Source of the DNA: Patescibacteria group bacterium
Lineage (GTDB): Bacteria > Patescibacteriota > JABMPQ01 > JAHIRA01
Direction of reading: 5' to 3'
NCBI GenBank assembly: GCA_018818205.1
Contig: JAHISJ010000006.1
Coordinates: forward strand, 41,817-105,816
DNA: 64,000 nt
Under the pieces are notes generated by a model. The model was not told where the DNA came from and did not search any database. It saw only the letters and a program-made list of their open reading frames with translations. The translations under genes were made by a program, and so were the position numbers. Positions 8,166 through 17,396 of this stretch are shown here, one piece after another (the first letter of the stretch is position 1; every line of letters starts with the position of its first letter).

Positions 8166-11003
8166 ATGAAGAAACATCGAGTTAAAGCGCTTGTCGCGCT
8201 TGTTCTTGCAGGGGTTATGTCCTTTGCAACCTATTACTATGTGGTTCCAAATCAACCACAGGATTTAGATTTGAGTGCAAAAGAGGCTGAGGCACTCACG
8301 CAAAATTGGGATCAAGTGTCCCCAGTGGGAATTAATGCAAATGCAGCAAATATTGGTAAAGCCACAGATACTTTAACGGCTTCCGGAAGCTATCTTTATG
8401 CTACTGCAAGAAGGACCGATCCGATATTGCCATCACTTTGGCGATACGAATATGTTAATAGTCAAAATTCATGGACACAGATTACTGAGGATGCCTGTGG
8501 TGCTTCTGCTGAAGCAGAATATTTTACTGCATCGGTTGATTTTGAAGGTGATTACGTTGCAGCAGTTTTTGATGAAACAAATGGTGCTTCCGTTGTTAAA
8601 ATAAACAATGGGCAAGTAGGCTGTACTGCAGCAAATAAGTTGGGTACAACGGGGCTTGGGTATGGAAGTGACCTTTCAAACATTACTGACTTGTTTGTGC
8701 TCGAAGGTACTCTGTATGCCTTTGGTACTTTTGATACAGGTCATTCAGGAGCAGTCTTGCTTCAATATAACGAAGGATCAGGTACATGGTCGCATGTTGC
8801 ATCTCGTGAGGATGGACAGTTTGGCGCGACAACTACTGATTCTCAGCGGTGTGATGTTTCTGAAAGTCGAGCATACTGTACTTTTATGGGTAGCTCAGGT
8901 ATCCAGTTTTATACTGCAAGTGTAGGGAATATGCAAACTTGGGAGCAGCTAGGTCCACAAGGAAATAAAGATGGGTTTGGTGATCCGGGTAATGTACTTG
9001 CATGGGGGGTTGCTTTCACCTACGGGAAAGTATACGTTGGAACATCCCATCCTACAGGTGGGCAGCTTTGGCAGTATGTTGAAGGAAGTGCACATGACTC
9101 AATGAAGCAGATAAATCAGAATGGCTTTGGATCAGCAAATAACCAACATGTATGGGATATTGCAGAGCTGAATGGATACGTGTGGGCGACGGTATTTGAT
9201 ACCAATAGGAAGGCAAGCGTGTATCGTCTACAAGATCCGGATGCGAAAACTTGGGAATTGGCAAATATGCAAGGAGGGAGTTTTAAAGCAACAAATGAAC
9301 CTGTAATTGCGCTTACAAATTACAACAACAATATGTATGCGCTTGGGTATGACTATGATGGAGCTACAGACAGTTATATACAGGCGTATCGTTTTAAAGA
9401 CTATACCAAGCCTGAAGTATCAAACCGTGATCCCATGCCTTTATCTGGAGCAATCGTTGCACGTCCGGAAATGAAGTTTACCACAACTGATGATGAAACG
9501 GGAAACGATGTTGGAACTATTGCGGTAACTGTTACTGGTCAAACGAGTGGACAGCATGCTAATTTAACGATTGGCAAAACGCTTGCATCTGCTACTGAGA
9601 CAAACGCGCGAGTGTACAACTGGACTGTTCAATCGGACAAGGATTTTGCTTCAAGTGAGTTTGTCACTATTGATGTAACGATTTGTGACCGGTTTGTGTT
9701 GCAAAATTGTACAACCGATTCATGGGACTTTAGAGCACTTGCTATAGTTCCTGGTGGTCCAGGTGGTATTCTCAGGTTCAAAGCCCCAAGTGGTGTATGG
9801 CAAAATGACGACAAAACATATCAAGCTAAGGGAATGGTGCAGGTTGGTGTATTAGATGTGAGTGGCATCAAACAGGTCAGGTACACAGTTGATGGCTCAA
9901 ATCCAAATCAAAATTCAAAAGAACTTAAGAAGTGTGAGACGCTGTCATTTGTTAAGGATACTGTACTTAAGTATATTACGATTGATGACAGCGGAAACGT
10001 ATCTGAAGTATACTCGGTAAATATTCTTCTTCCAACGTCTACGGCAAATAAAACTCCCTTCATAGCAACAGCCCCCGGTAAAACAGGTGGTCCTGATGTC
10101 AAAGTATTTGACAAGAATGGAAATATGCAAGCTGAGTGGAATGCATTTGCCAAGGACTTACGCTGTGGTGCACGAGTAACTACCGGTGACATAAACGGTG
10201 ACGGTACTGATGAAGTCATTGTTGGATCCGGTGAAGGATGTACATCTCACGTGAGAGTATTCTCACCAAACGGTGTCGCAAAGCCTATTGATTACTTTCC
10301 GTTTGGCACTGACTCACGTACCGGTGCGGATGTTGCCGCAGGTGATGTTGACGGTGATGGTAAAGATGAAATTGCTATGATGCAATTTAGAAACGGTGAG
10401 ACTTGGGTAAAGGTGTATCGTTACAACAATCCTAGAGACATTGTTGGTGAGTGGCGAGCATACGAGGCTGGACAAGAATTTGGTGGAACTGTAGCTATGG
10501 GTGACTTTGACTACGATGGTAAAGCAGAGGTAGTAACCGGTGCCGGACCATCAGGCGATCCTCATATACGAATGTTTGAAGCAGACGGAGCGTTTAAAGG
10601 TGATCTCTACGCATTCCCACATTATGGTCTTGGATGGGAGCGTGAGGATGTCAGACGCGGCATAGACGTTTCAGCAGGCGACACTGATTTTGATGGTAAA
10701 GATGAAATTATGGCAACCGTTGCTGAAGGCGCACAAGCATACATGAAGGTCTACAGATGGAACAAGAGACGAAACATCATCATGGAAAACAAAGCATATG
10801 ACGCGCATGTTGGTACCAATGGATCACTCGGCGACGTTGACCAAGATGGATTTGCTGAGGCAGTCTCAGGTCCCGGATTTGGCGGCGGCCCTCAGGTGAG
10901 AGCGTTTGAAATGAACAAAGAACCTATAGAAAACACCGACTTCTTTGCCTACCTGAAATCATTCAGAGGTGGTACGGACATAGAGGTTGGGTATAGAAAG
11001 TAA
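8166..11003 (+). CDS. Large secreted/surface protein: beta-propeller-like N-terminus, Ig/Fn3-like linkers, C-terminal FG-GAP repeats
   Basis: Signal/TM N-terminus; RYTVDGSNP linker; repeated GD(I/V/F)xGDGxDE(I/V) Ca-binding FG-GAP units. Confidence 0.85.
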   Translation: MKKHRVKALVALVLAGVMSFATYYYVVPNQPQDLDLSAKEAEALTQNWDQVSPVGINANAANIGKATDTLTASGSYLYATARRTDPILPSLWRYEYVNSQNSWTQITEDACGASAEAEYFTASVDFEGDYVAAVFDETNGASVVKINNGQVGCTAANKLGTTGLGYGSDLSNITDLFVLEGTLYAFGTFDTGHSGAVLLQYNEGSGTWSHVASREDGQFGATTTDSQRCDVSESRAYCTFMGSSGIQFYTASVGNMQTWEQLGPQGNKDGFGDPGNVLAWGVAFTYGKVYVGTSHPTGGQLWQYVEGSAHDSMKQINQNGFGSANNQHVWDIAELNGYVWATVFDTNRKASVYRLQDPDAKTWELANMQGGSFKATNEPVIALTNYNNNMYALGYDYDGATDSYIQAYRFKDYTKPEVSNRDPMPLSGAIVARPEMKFTTTDDETGNDVGTIAVTVTGQTSGQHANLTIGKTLASATETNARVYNWTVQSDKDFASSEFVTIDVTICDRFVLQNCTTDSWDFRALAIVPGGPGGILRFKAPSGVWQNDDKTYQAKGMVQVGVLDVSGIKQVRYTVDGSNPNQNSKELKKCETLSFVKDTVLKYITIDDSGNVSEVYSVNILLPTSTANKTPFIATAPGKTGGPDVKVFDKNGNMQAEWNAFAKDLRCGARVTTGDINGDGTDEVIVGSGEGCTSHVRVFSPNGVAKPIDYFPFGTDSRTGADVAAGDVDGDGKDEIAMMQFRNGETWVKVYRYNNPRDIVGEWRAYEAGQEFGGTVAMGDFDYDGKAEVVTGAGPSGDPHIRMFEADGAFKGDLYAFPHYGLGWEREDVRRGIDVSAGDTDFDGKDEIMATVAEGAQAYMKVYRWNKRRNIIMENKAYDAHVGTNGSLGDVDQDGFAEAVSGPGFGGGPQVRAFEMNKEPIENTDFFAYLKSFRGGTDIEVGYRK

Positions 11004-11006
11004 ACA

Positions 11007-11083
11007 GTAGGGGCGCCCCTTGTGGGCGCCCATCTAATAATTGTATCGCATTCAATACGGGCGCCCACAAGGGGCGCCCGTAC
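11007..11083. repeat. Inverted doublet of GTAG/GTAC-headed REP palindromes
   Basis: GTAGGGGCGCCCCTTGTGGGCGCCC (11007-11031) and near-exact reverse complement at 11059-11083, between convergent genes. Confidence 0.8.
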
Positions 11084-11090
11084 GTTTTTT

Positions 11091-11978
11091 TTATTTTAAA
11101 AACGTTTCAATAAGAGACACAGCCTCTTCCTTATTCTTGATCTGGTGAACATTTTTGTATCGCTTAAACCAAGTAAGTTGCCTTTTTGCATATCTTCTTG
11201 TTTCCTTCTTTATGTCTTTGATTGCGTGATCTAGCTCAATTTCACCGTCTAAATAGGGGAATAATTGCTTGTATCCAAGCGAAGAAAGTGCTGGTAGATT
11301 TTTAGGATATCTTTTAAGCAGTTCTTTTGTTTCATCTATGAGACCTTCCTCAATCATCTTATCTACACGCGTGTTGATTTGTTTGTACAGATTAAACCGT
11401 GAGATCTTTGGCATAAGGTAGAGCGGTTCTAAGAAAGGTTCTCCAGGTTTGTAATAAAAGGAAAAAGGTTTATCTGATTTTTTACATACCTCGAGTGCTC
11501 TAATAACCCGTCTGGGATTTTTTGGATCGACAATATTTTTTGAATCAGGATCTAATGTAATAAGTTCTTTGTAGAGTGTTTTGAGGCCATCTTTTTTAAT
11601 TCTTTGCTCAAGCGTGTGTCTTAATTTTTTGTCAGGTGGAATGTTTGGAAAATTGAGATTCTTAACTAACGCATCAATATAGAGGCCTGTTCCTCCGACC
11701 AAGAAGGGGAGACCTTGCTTGGTGTCAATAATGCTCTTTGAATCTTTTTTAAAGTGAGAAACGGTATAGTCTTCATCAGGACGTACCATATCAATAAGAT
11801 AATGGGGGACTAACTTTCTCTCTTTCTCACTTGTTTTTGCGGTCCCTATATTCATACCGGTATACACTTGTCTGGAATCAGCGGAAATAATGTATCCTTG
11901 GAATTTTTTTGCGAGGAATAAAGACAAATCGGTTTTCCCTGATGCGGTTGGTCCCAATATGACGATTATTTTTTTCAT
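11091..11978 (-). CDS. miaA: tRNA dimethylallyltransferase
   Basis: GPTASGKT, ISADSRQVY, VGGTGLY, TRRYAKRQLTWF. Confidence 0.98.
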   Translation of the reverse strand: MKKIIVILGPTASGKTDLSLFLAKKFQGYIISADSRQVYTGMNIGTAKTSEKERKLVPHYLIDMVRPDEDYTVSHFKKDSKSIIDTKQGLPFLVGGTGLYIDALVKNLNFPNIPPDKKLRHTLEQRIKKDGLKTLYKELITLDPDSKNIVDPKNPRRVIRALEVCKKSDKPFSFYYKPGEPFLEPLYLMPKISRFNLYKQINTRVDKMIEEGLIDETKELLKRYPKNLPALSSLGYKQLFPYLDGEIELDHAIKDIKKETRRYAKRQLTWFKRYKNVHQIKNKEEAVSLIETFLK

Positions 11979-13267
11979 GCGCGTACCACTTCTCCCTCAA
12001 ACCCCCAGTCACGTGCATTTGTTATTGCTACTCTAACAAACTGGCCGGTTTCTATAGGCTTTTTGGAGTTACATTTAACTGTTTTAAACGGTGCCGTTTT
12101 GCCAATATAGAGAGTGTTTTTTTCTTCGCGTGTTTTAGTGACAATTTGTTTGTCTATGAGTACGGTGACTGTTTCTCCAATCATCTTTTTATTGTTTTGT
12201 ATATTTTTGTTTTTTAAGATATCCAGTATCAAATGTTCACGTTCTTTTTTTCCCTGTGGCGAGACCGTTTCTTCCAGTAATGCTGCCTTAGTTCCCGGAC
12301 GGGGAGAAAATCTGCTAATGTACGCCATGTTAAAGTCGATTCGTTTACATAAATCGAGCGTATCATCAAAATCTTTTGTAGTCTCACCGGGGAATCCAAC
12401 TATGATATCAGTTGAGAGGGATACGTTTGGGATTGTAGCCTTAATATAGTCCGTGAGTTCAATGCAGTGATTATGGGTATAATGACGATTCATTGCTTTT
12501 AAAATAGTATCTGATCCTGATTGCACCGCAAAGTGAATATACGAACACAGTTTTTGTTCACGTGCTATGGTGTTGATCAATTCTTTTGACATGTCTTTAG
12601 GATGTGATGATACAAACCATATCCAAAAATCAGCATCTATTGCACAGATTCTTCTGAGCAGTTGTTCAAAATTAATATCTTCTTCAAGGTTTTTGCCGTA
12701 TGAGTTAACGTTTTGTCCAATGAGTGTAAACGCTTTATATCCCTTTTTCACCAGTTCATTGATTTCTTGAATGATGTTTTCTGATTTTCGTGATACTTCT
12801 CGACCTCGAGAATAGGGGACAACGCAGTATGAGCAAAAATTATCACAGCCGCTCATGATTGGGATATACGCATGGATTTTTGATTCAAGGCTAGGAGCAA
12901 TGTTTAAGTAGTCTGCAGAATCAATTGTTACTGCTTTAGTGGTTTGTTTTCCTATTATTTGTGGTAAATTCTCTAAATCTTTTATTTCAAAGCAAAACGA
13001 TGCCTTCTCGCTCAGCTTTTTTTTCTGTATGTTGACCATGCAGCCGGTAACACCAATGGTAGGACCATCTGACTTTTTATTGCGCGATAAAAAGGTAAAT
13101 ACGCGATCTTCAGCAGACTTTCTTATTGAGCAGGTGTTTAGAATAATCACATCAGCATCTTCTGGGCAGTCAACGTGAGTCATGGAAGCGTTTTGTAGGG
13201 TGGTGACAATGCGCTCAGAATCTGATTTGTTCATCTGACAGCCAAATGTTTTGATAAAGAAATTCAT
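11975..13267 (-). CDS. miaB: tRNA-i6A37 methylthiotransferase
   Basis: TFGCQMN, NTCSIR, GCDNFCSYC radical SAM motif, DIIVGFPGET, C-terminal TRAM; adjacent to miaA. Confidence 0.95.
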   Translation of the reverse strand: MNFFIKTFGCQMNKSDSERIVTTLQNASMTHVDCPEDADVIILNTCSIRKSAEDRVFTFLSRNKKSDGPTIGVTGCMVNIQKKKLSEKASFCFEIKDLENLPQIIGKQTTKAVTIDSADYLNIAPSLESKIHAYIPIMSGCDNFCSYCVVPYSRGREVSRKSENIIQEINELVKKGYKAFTLIGQNVNSYGKNLEEDINFEQLLRRICAIDADFWIWFVSSHPKDMSKELINTIAREQKLCSYIHFAVQSGSDTILKAMNRHYTHNHCIELTDYIKATIPNVSLSTDIIVGFPGETTKDFDDTLDLCKRIDFNMAYISRFSPRPGTKAALLEETVSPQGKKEREHLILDILKNKNIQNNKKMIGETVTVLIDKQIVTKTREEKNTLYIGKTAPFKTVKCNSKKPIETGQFVRVAITNARDWGFEGEVVRA

Positions 13268-13361
13268 ACAAAATGGTTTTTAGGGTTTCTAAACGATATC
13301 GAGAAACCATGGAAAAGTCAAATACATTTGTGCTATACTACTACCTAGATAATCAAAAAAT

Positions 13362-14714
13362 ATGCCAAACTCAAATCAACCACAAAAAAAAGCACAGGCG
13401 CCGCAGGATTTGCCACTTTCCGGACAAGGAGGAGTGCCGCAGACGCCAGCGAGTCCACCTGAACCAAAGGTTCCCTCTGCAAGTGAACCTAATAAACAGC
13501 AACCTGAGCCGCAAAAACCAGTTGAGCCTACTATGAAACCACAGCCGCAGGCAGCAGCACCGGAACCCGCAGCTCAGCCTAAGCCGGCTGAAGCTCCGAT
13601 GCAGGGGAATGTACCCCCAGATAAACCTCTCATGGACGATGTATTAAAGCCAAAAGAAGCACCACGTCCTAATCCTTCTTTGCAAAAAGAGCCCCCCACT
13701 CCAAGCATGGAGCCAATTGAAGGTGTACCTCAGTCGTCTAATGAGGCTTCATTGCCACCTGAGCCGTTTGCTGAAAAAACACCAGAGGTACCTGAACCAG
13801 GAGCTCCCATTGCTGATGCCCCGCTTGAGGAAGTGCCGCAAGGAGGGAGTCCAGAGGACATAATGGAATCACTTTCAGATAAGACTATTGCGTCTTCTGA
13901 ACGCAAGGTTTTACTCTACAAAATCGTAACGGTTCTTATTGTGGTACTTATTTTGGGGGGATTGGTATTTGGTGGTGTTTTTGTGTACAACAGGTGGGTA
14001 AAACCGTCACTTGATAAAGATGTTGTTGAGGAGCAGGGTGGTGTTGTTCCATCTAATGAACAAGGTACTGGTACCGGGCAGGCGACTGATTTAGATAAAG
14101 ATGGTCTTCCAAATGACTGGGAGACAAACCATGGGTTAAATCCCAATGATCCCGCAGATGCGTTTGATGATCCTGATTTTGATCAGCTAAACAACAGTGA
14201 AGAGTATAAATATGGTTCCGATCCAGACAATCCAGATACGGATAGAGACGGGTTTAGAGATGGGATAGAAGTACAAAAAGGCTATAATCCAAGTGGAGAA
14301 GGCAAGATCGGAGACGGAAGCACTACCGATCAGGGGGGTGGGAGTGATTTTGCAGACGTTGCTGGTTCCTGGAAGGGTATAATGACTGGAGCACAGTATA
14401 CTGCAGATGATCTTGAGTTTACAATCAATAATGATGGCACCATTTTGGCCACGTATAATCTCAAACGTGCAGGTGGAGGTGACCCGGTTTTTAGTAGAGG
14501 TAAGGGTACATTTACGTATAGTAAGAGCACCCGCGTTTTTACTTCTGAGCTTTCTGTAAAAGGATTTTTTCAGCAGGATAGCGTTGATTATGCATTAAAG
14601 CTTAACGGGCAATCAAAGGGAGACGGATCGATTTCTGGAACATGGAATCTGGTTCCATCGCGTGAAGTGCCATGGCTTTTAAAGGATGGTGGAACGTTTA
14701 CGTTGAATCAATAA
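13362..14714 (+). CDS. Membrane-anchored protein with Pro-rich N-terminus and TSP3-like Ca-binding repeats
   Basis: Pro/Gln-rich N-terminus, one TM, DxDxDGLP..E and DPDNPDTDRDGF.DG.EV..GYNP.G.G repeats. Confidence 0.85.
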   Translation: MPNSNQPQKKAQAPQDLPLSGQGGVPQTPASPPEPKVPSASEPNKQQPEPQKPVEPTMKPQPQAAAPEPAAQPKPAEAPMQGNVPPDKPLMDDVLKPKEAPRPNPSLQKEPPTPSMEPIEGVPQSSNEASLPPEPFAEKTPEVPEPGAPIADAPLEEVPQGGSPEDIMESLSDKTIASSERKVLLYKIVTVLIVVLILGGLVFGGVFVYNRWVKPSLDKDVVEEQGGVVPSNEQGTGTGQATDLDKDGLPNDWETNHGLNPNDPADAFDDPDFDQLNNSEEYKYGSDPDNPDTDRDGFRDGIEVQKGYNPSGEGKIGDGSTTDQGGGSDFADVAGSWKGIMTGAQYTADDLEFTINNDGTILATYNLKRAGGGDPVFSRGKGTFTYSKSTRVFTSELSVKGFFQQDSVDYALKLNGQSKGDGSISGTWNLVPSREVPWLLKDGGTFTLNQ

Positions 14715-14735
14715 CATTTGTACGAATATCAATAT

Positions 14736-14760
14736 AAAAACGCCCTTGCGGGCGTTTTTT
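14736..14760. terminator. Bidirectional intrinsic terminator
   Basis: AAAAACGCCC-TTGC-GGGCGTTTTTT between convergent genes. Confidence 0.8.
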
Positions 14761-14771
14761 CGTTTGTTATC

Positions 14772-14840
14772 GTAGGGGCGCGTCTATTGTACGGACGTGC
14801 CTATGTATCGTACGGGTGCGCCGCGGCGCACCCGTACGAT
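14772..14840. repeat. GTAG/GTAC-type REP palindromes
   Basis: GTAGGGGCGCGTC start and perfect 34-bp palindrome ATCGTACGGGTGCGCCGCGGCGCACCCGTACGAT (14807-14840). Confidence 0.7.
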
Positions 14841-14847
14841 AACAATG

Positions 14848-16059
14848 TTATGAAATAACGTTCAATTCTTTACCGACCTTCTCAAATGCGGCAATACCGG
14901 TGTCTAAGTCTTCTTTGGTATGCGATGCGGAAGGCATGACTCGGATTCGTGCGGTTCCTTTTGGTACCATAGGAAACTTAATGGCCGTTGCGTATATGTT
15001 GTTTTCAAAGAGTTTAGTGCTAAAATCCTTTGCGGTGTTTTCATCACCAATCATGACGGGGGTAATAGGGCTTTCGCTTTTACCGGTGTCAAACCCAAGG
15101 GCCTTAAGCTCTTTTTTGAGATACTCAGCATTTTCCCACAGTTTTTTCACTAGTTCGTCCGACTCTTCCAAAGTGTTTACTGATGCAATAAGTGCAGCTG
15201 CATCAGGAACTGAGAGGCCGTTTGAGAAAAGAAACTGTCGTCCTTTTTGGCGGTAATACTCAATTAACTCTTTTTTCCCGGTAATAAATCCACCCATAAC
15301 GCCAAATGCTTTTGACATAGTGCCAACTTCAATATCTACTTCACCATCGAGGTTAAAATGGTTAACAATACCGCGACCATGATCACCTAAAACTCCCTCG
15401 CCATGAGCGTCATCTACCATCGTAAATGCATCGTACTTTTTGGCGAGCTCGACTATGTGTGGCAGGGGAGCAAGGTCACCGTCCATAGAAAAAACTCCAT
15501 CAGTAATAATGAGGATTCTCTTTTGACCACCATCTGACCGTAATTCCTTTTGAGCTTCTTTTGCTTCTTCTAGCCTTTTAGAGAGATCATCCATATTTGC
15601 ATGAGCATAGATGAACTTTGTTTTAACTCCTGAAAGTCGTACACCATCAATGATTGATGCATGGTTGAGCTCGTCAGAAATAACAATATCTTCTTTACCA
15701 ATGATGGTTTGTATTGCACAAAGATTAGCCATGTAGCCGCCGGTAAGGGCAAGAGCTGCCTCAGCGTGTTTAAAGTGTGCAAGCTTCTCTTCCAGTTCAA
15801 TATGAAGAGCGTTTGTACCGGAGAGTGCTCGTACTGAACCGGTACCAACACCGTATTTTTCTACCGCTTCTAGCACTGCCTTTTTTAAATTGTCATGTGC
15901 AGCAAGCCCGAGGTAATTATTTGAACAGAGATTAAGCTTTTTCTCTCCATCAATAGTAAGCCATGCACCCTGGCTCGACTCGATAACTTTAATGGTGTTA
16001 AAGAGTCCGTCTTCTTTCATTTGCTCTATTTCTTGAGCAAACACGTGGTATTTATCCAT
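14848..16059 (-). CDS. kbl: Glycine C-acetyltransferase (2-amino-3-ketobutyrate CoA ligase)
   Basis: [47 protein letters not shown] (PLP lysine); downstream of tdh; start set at MDKYH. Confidence 0.9.
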   Translation of the reverse strand: MDKYHVFAQEIEQMKEDGLFNTIKVIESSQGAWLTIDGEKKLNLCSNNYLGLAAHDNLKKAVLEAVEKYGVGTGSVRALSGTNALHIELEEKLAHFKHAEAALALTGGYMANLCAIQTIIGKEDIVISDELNHASIIDGVRLSGVKTKFIYAHANMDDLSKRLEEAKEAQKELRSDGGQKRILIITDGVFSMDGDLAPLPHIVELAKKYDAFTMVDDAHGEGVLGDHGRGIVNHFNLDGEVDIEVGTMSKAFGVMGGFITGKKELIEYYRQKGRQFLFSNGLSVPDAAALIASVNTLEESDELVKKLWENAEYLKKELKALGFDTGKSESPITPVMIGDENTAKDFSTKLFENNIYATAIKFPMVPKGTARIRVMPSASHTKEDLDTGIAAFEKVGKELNVIS

Positions 16060-16094
16060 AATTTTTTGTGAGTTCTTAATACTATTTTTTATTC

Positions 16095-16201
16095 TGTCAT
16101 CCCGGACAGTCTTTCCTGAGACTGATTCGGGATCTCCTTGCTTACAGACTAAACCACACGATTCCGGATAGTCACTTAAGAAAGTGGATTCCGGGATGAC
16201 A
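16095..16201. repeat. TGTCATCCCGGA-ended palindromic miniature element, copy 1
   Basis: Terminal IR TGTCATCCCGGA/TCCGGGATGACA; each arm an internal hairpin; related copies at 47226 and 62576. Confidence 0.85.
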
Positions 16202-16221
16202 ATCACTATTTGAGTGTGTTT

Positions 16222-17238
16222 TTACGGCGTAAGAATTATTTTACCTGCTTCACCACTCTTCATAATCTCCATAGCTTTTTCAAATTCCTCGAGTTTAAGT
16301 TCATGTGTGATAATTTTACCTAGATCCACTTTTTTGGAAAGCAGAAGATCAGAGGTTCTGTGCCACGTGTCCCAAATCATGCGACCAAAAATGCTCTTTA
16401 TGGTGAGCTCTTTATTAATCATATACTTACCCCAATCAATACATATTTTTTCCTTTGGGATACCAAAAGCTATGATTGTACCGCACAGCCTTGCAGCCTC
16501 AAACGCTTCTTCTGTTGCTTGCTTGTTTCCTGACATTTCAAGGACAATATCAAATGACCCCAATCTCTCCTTGGAAACAGCATCAAATGTTTCATCACAC
16601 CCCATTTCTTTTCCGAGGTTTTGTCTAAATTTGCTGGGGTCAATGCCGGTTACCACATGAGCACCGTATGCTTTGGCAACTGCAGCAGCACACAGTCCTG
16701 TTGGGCCAAGCCCATATATCAAGACTCGTTTTCCGGGAACGTTAGCAGTGGTAACAACATTAACCGCATTTCCGAGTGGTTCTTGTACGCTCATTTGGTC
16801 TACGGGGATCGTGGGGTCGTTTTTCCAGGTTGTTGCAATGGGGAGTGTTGCGTATTCGGCAAATGCACCATCTCTGCTGATACCAAAGAGTTTCATATTT
16901 TCACAAATATGCGCATTGCCGACGCCACATTGATAGCATTGCCCGCAATAAATATGTGTTTCTGAAGATACGAGATCACCTATTTTAAGGTCTCTTGGGT
17001 CATCAGAATTTATTTCCAGTATTTCTCCTACAACTTCATGACCAATCACAATTGGCGGTGTAATATGTCCCTTTGCCCAGTCACCCCAGTCGTAAATACC
17101 AATATCGGTACCACAGATGGATGCCTTAATGACTTTAATAAGTACTTCGTCTTTTTTGGCCTCAGGAACGGGAACATCTGTGATAGAAACACCTGGTTCA
17201 GGTTTGTTTTTTACCACAGCTCGCATTGTGTCTTTCAT
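16222..17238 (-). CDS. tdh: L-threonine 3-dehydrogenase
   Basis: ICGTD, GHEVVG, VSSETHIYCGQCYQC..G..HIC, QEPLGNAV, EMSGN; paired with kbl. Confidence 0.92.
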   Translation of the reverse strand: MKDTMRAVVKNKPEPGVSITDVPVPEAKKDEVLIKVIKASICGTDIGIYDWGDWAKGHITPPIVIGHEVVGEILEINSDDPRDLKIGDLVSSETHIYCGQCYQCGVGNAHICENMKLFGISRDGAFAEYATLPIATTWKNDPTIPVDQMSVQEPLGNAVNVVTTANVPGKRVLIYGLGPTGLCAAAVAKAYGAHVVTGIDPSKFRQNLGKEMGCDETFDAVSKERLGSFDIVLEMSGNKQATEEAFEAARLCGTIIAFGIPKEKICIDWGKYMINKELTIKSIFGRMIWDTWHRTSDLLLSKKVDLGKIITHELKLEEFEKAMEIMKSGEAGKIILTP

Positions 17239-17316
17239 ATGATTTTGTTAAATAGTACACGGTAAGTGTAACGTGTTTTGTGTATCGTTGAAAGGGAAAC
17301 TGTGAACTATTTGGAG

Positions 17317-17345
17317 TTGACTCGGTTCATAAAATATGCTATAAT
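17317..17345 (+). promoter_or_regulatory. Sigma70-type promoter
   Basis: TTGACT-17-TATAAT with TG extension. Confidence 0.75.
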
Positions 17346-17396
17346 GAGAGTGAACATATCTGGATTTTCTAGTTCAAGACAAAATAACAATGTAAT

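Noticed and set aside
16060-16206. 49-aa N-terminal extension of Kbl
   Set aside because: It is a read-through of the palindromic element; Kbl similarity begins at MDKYH (16059)
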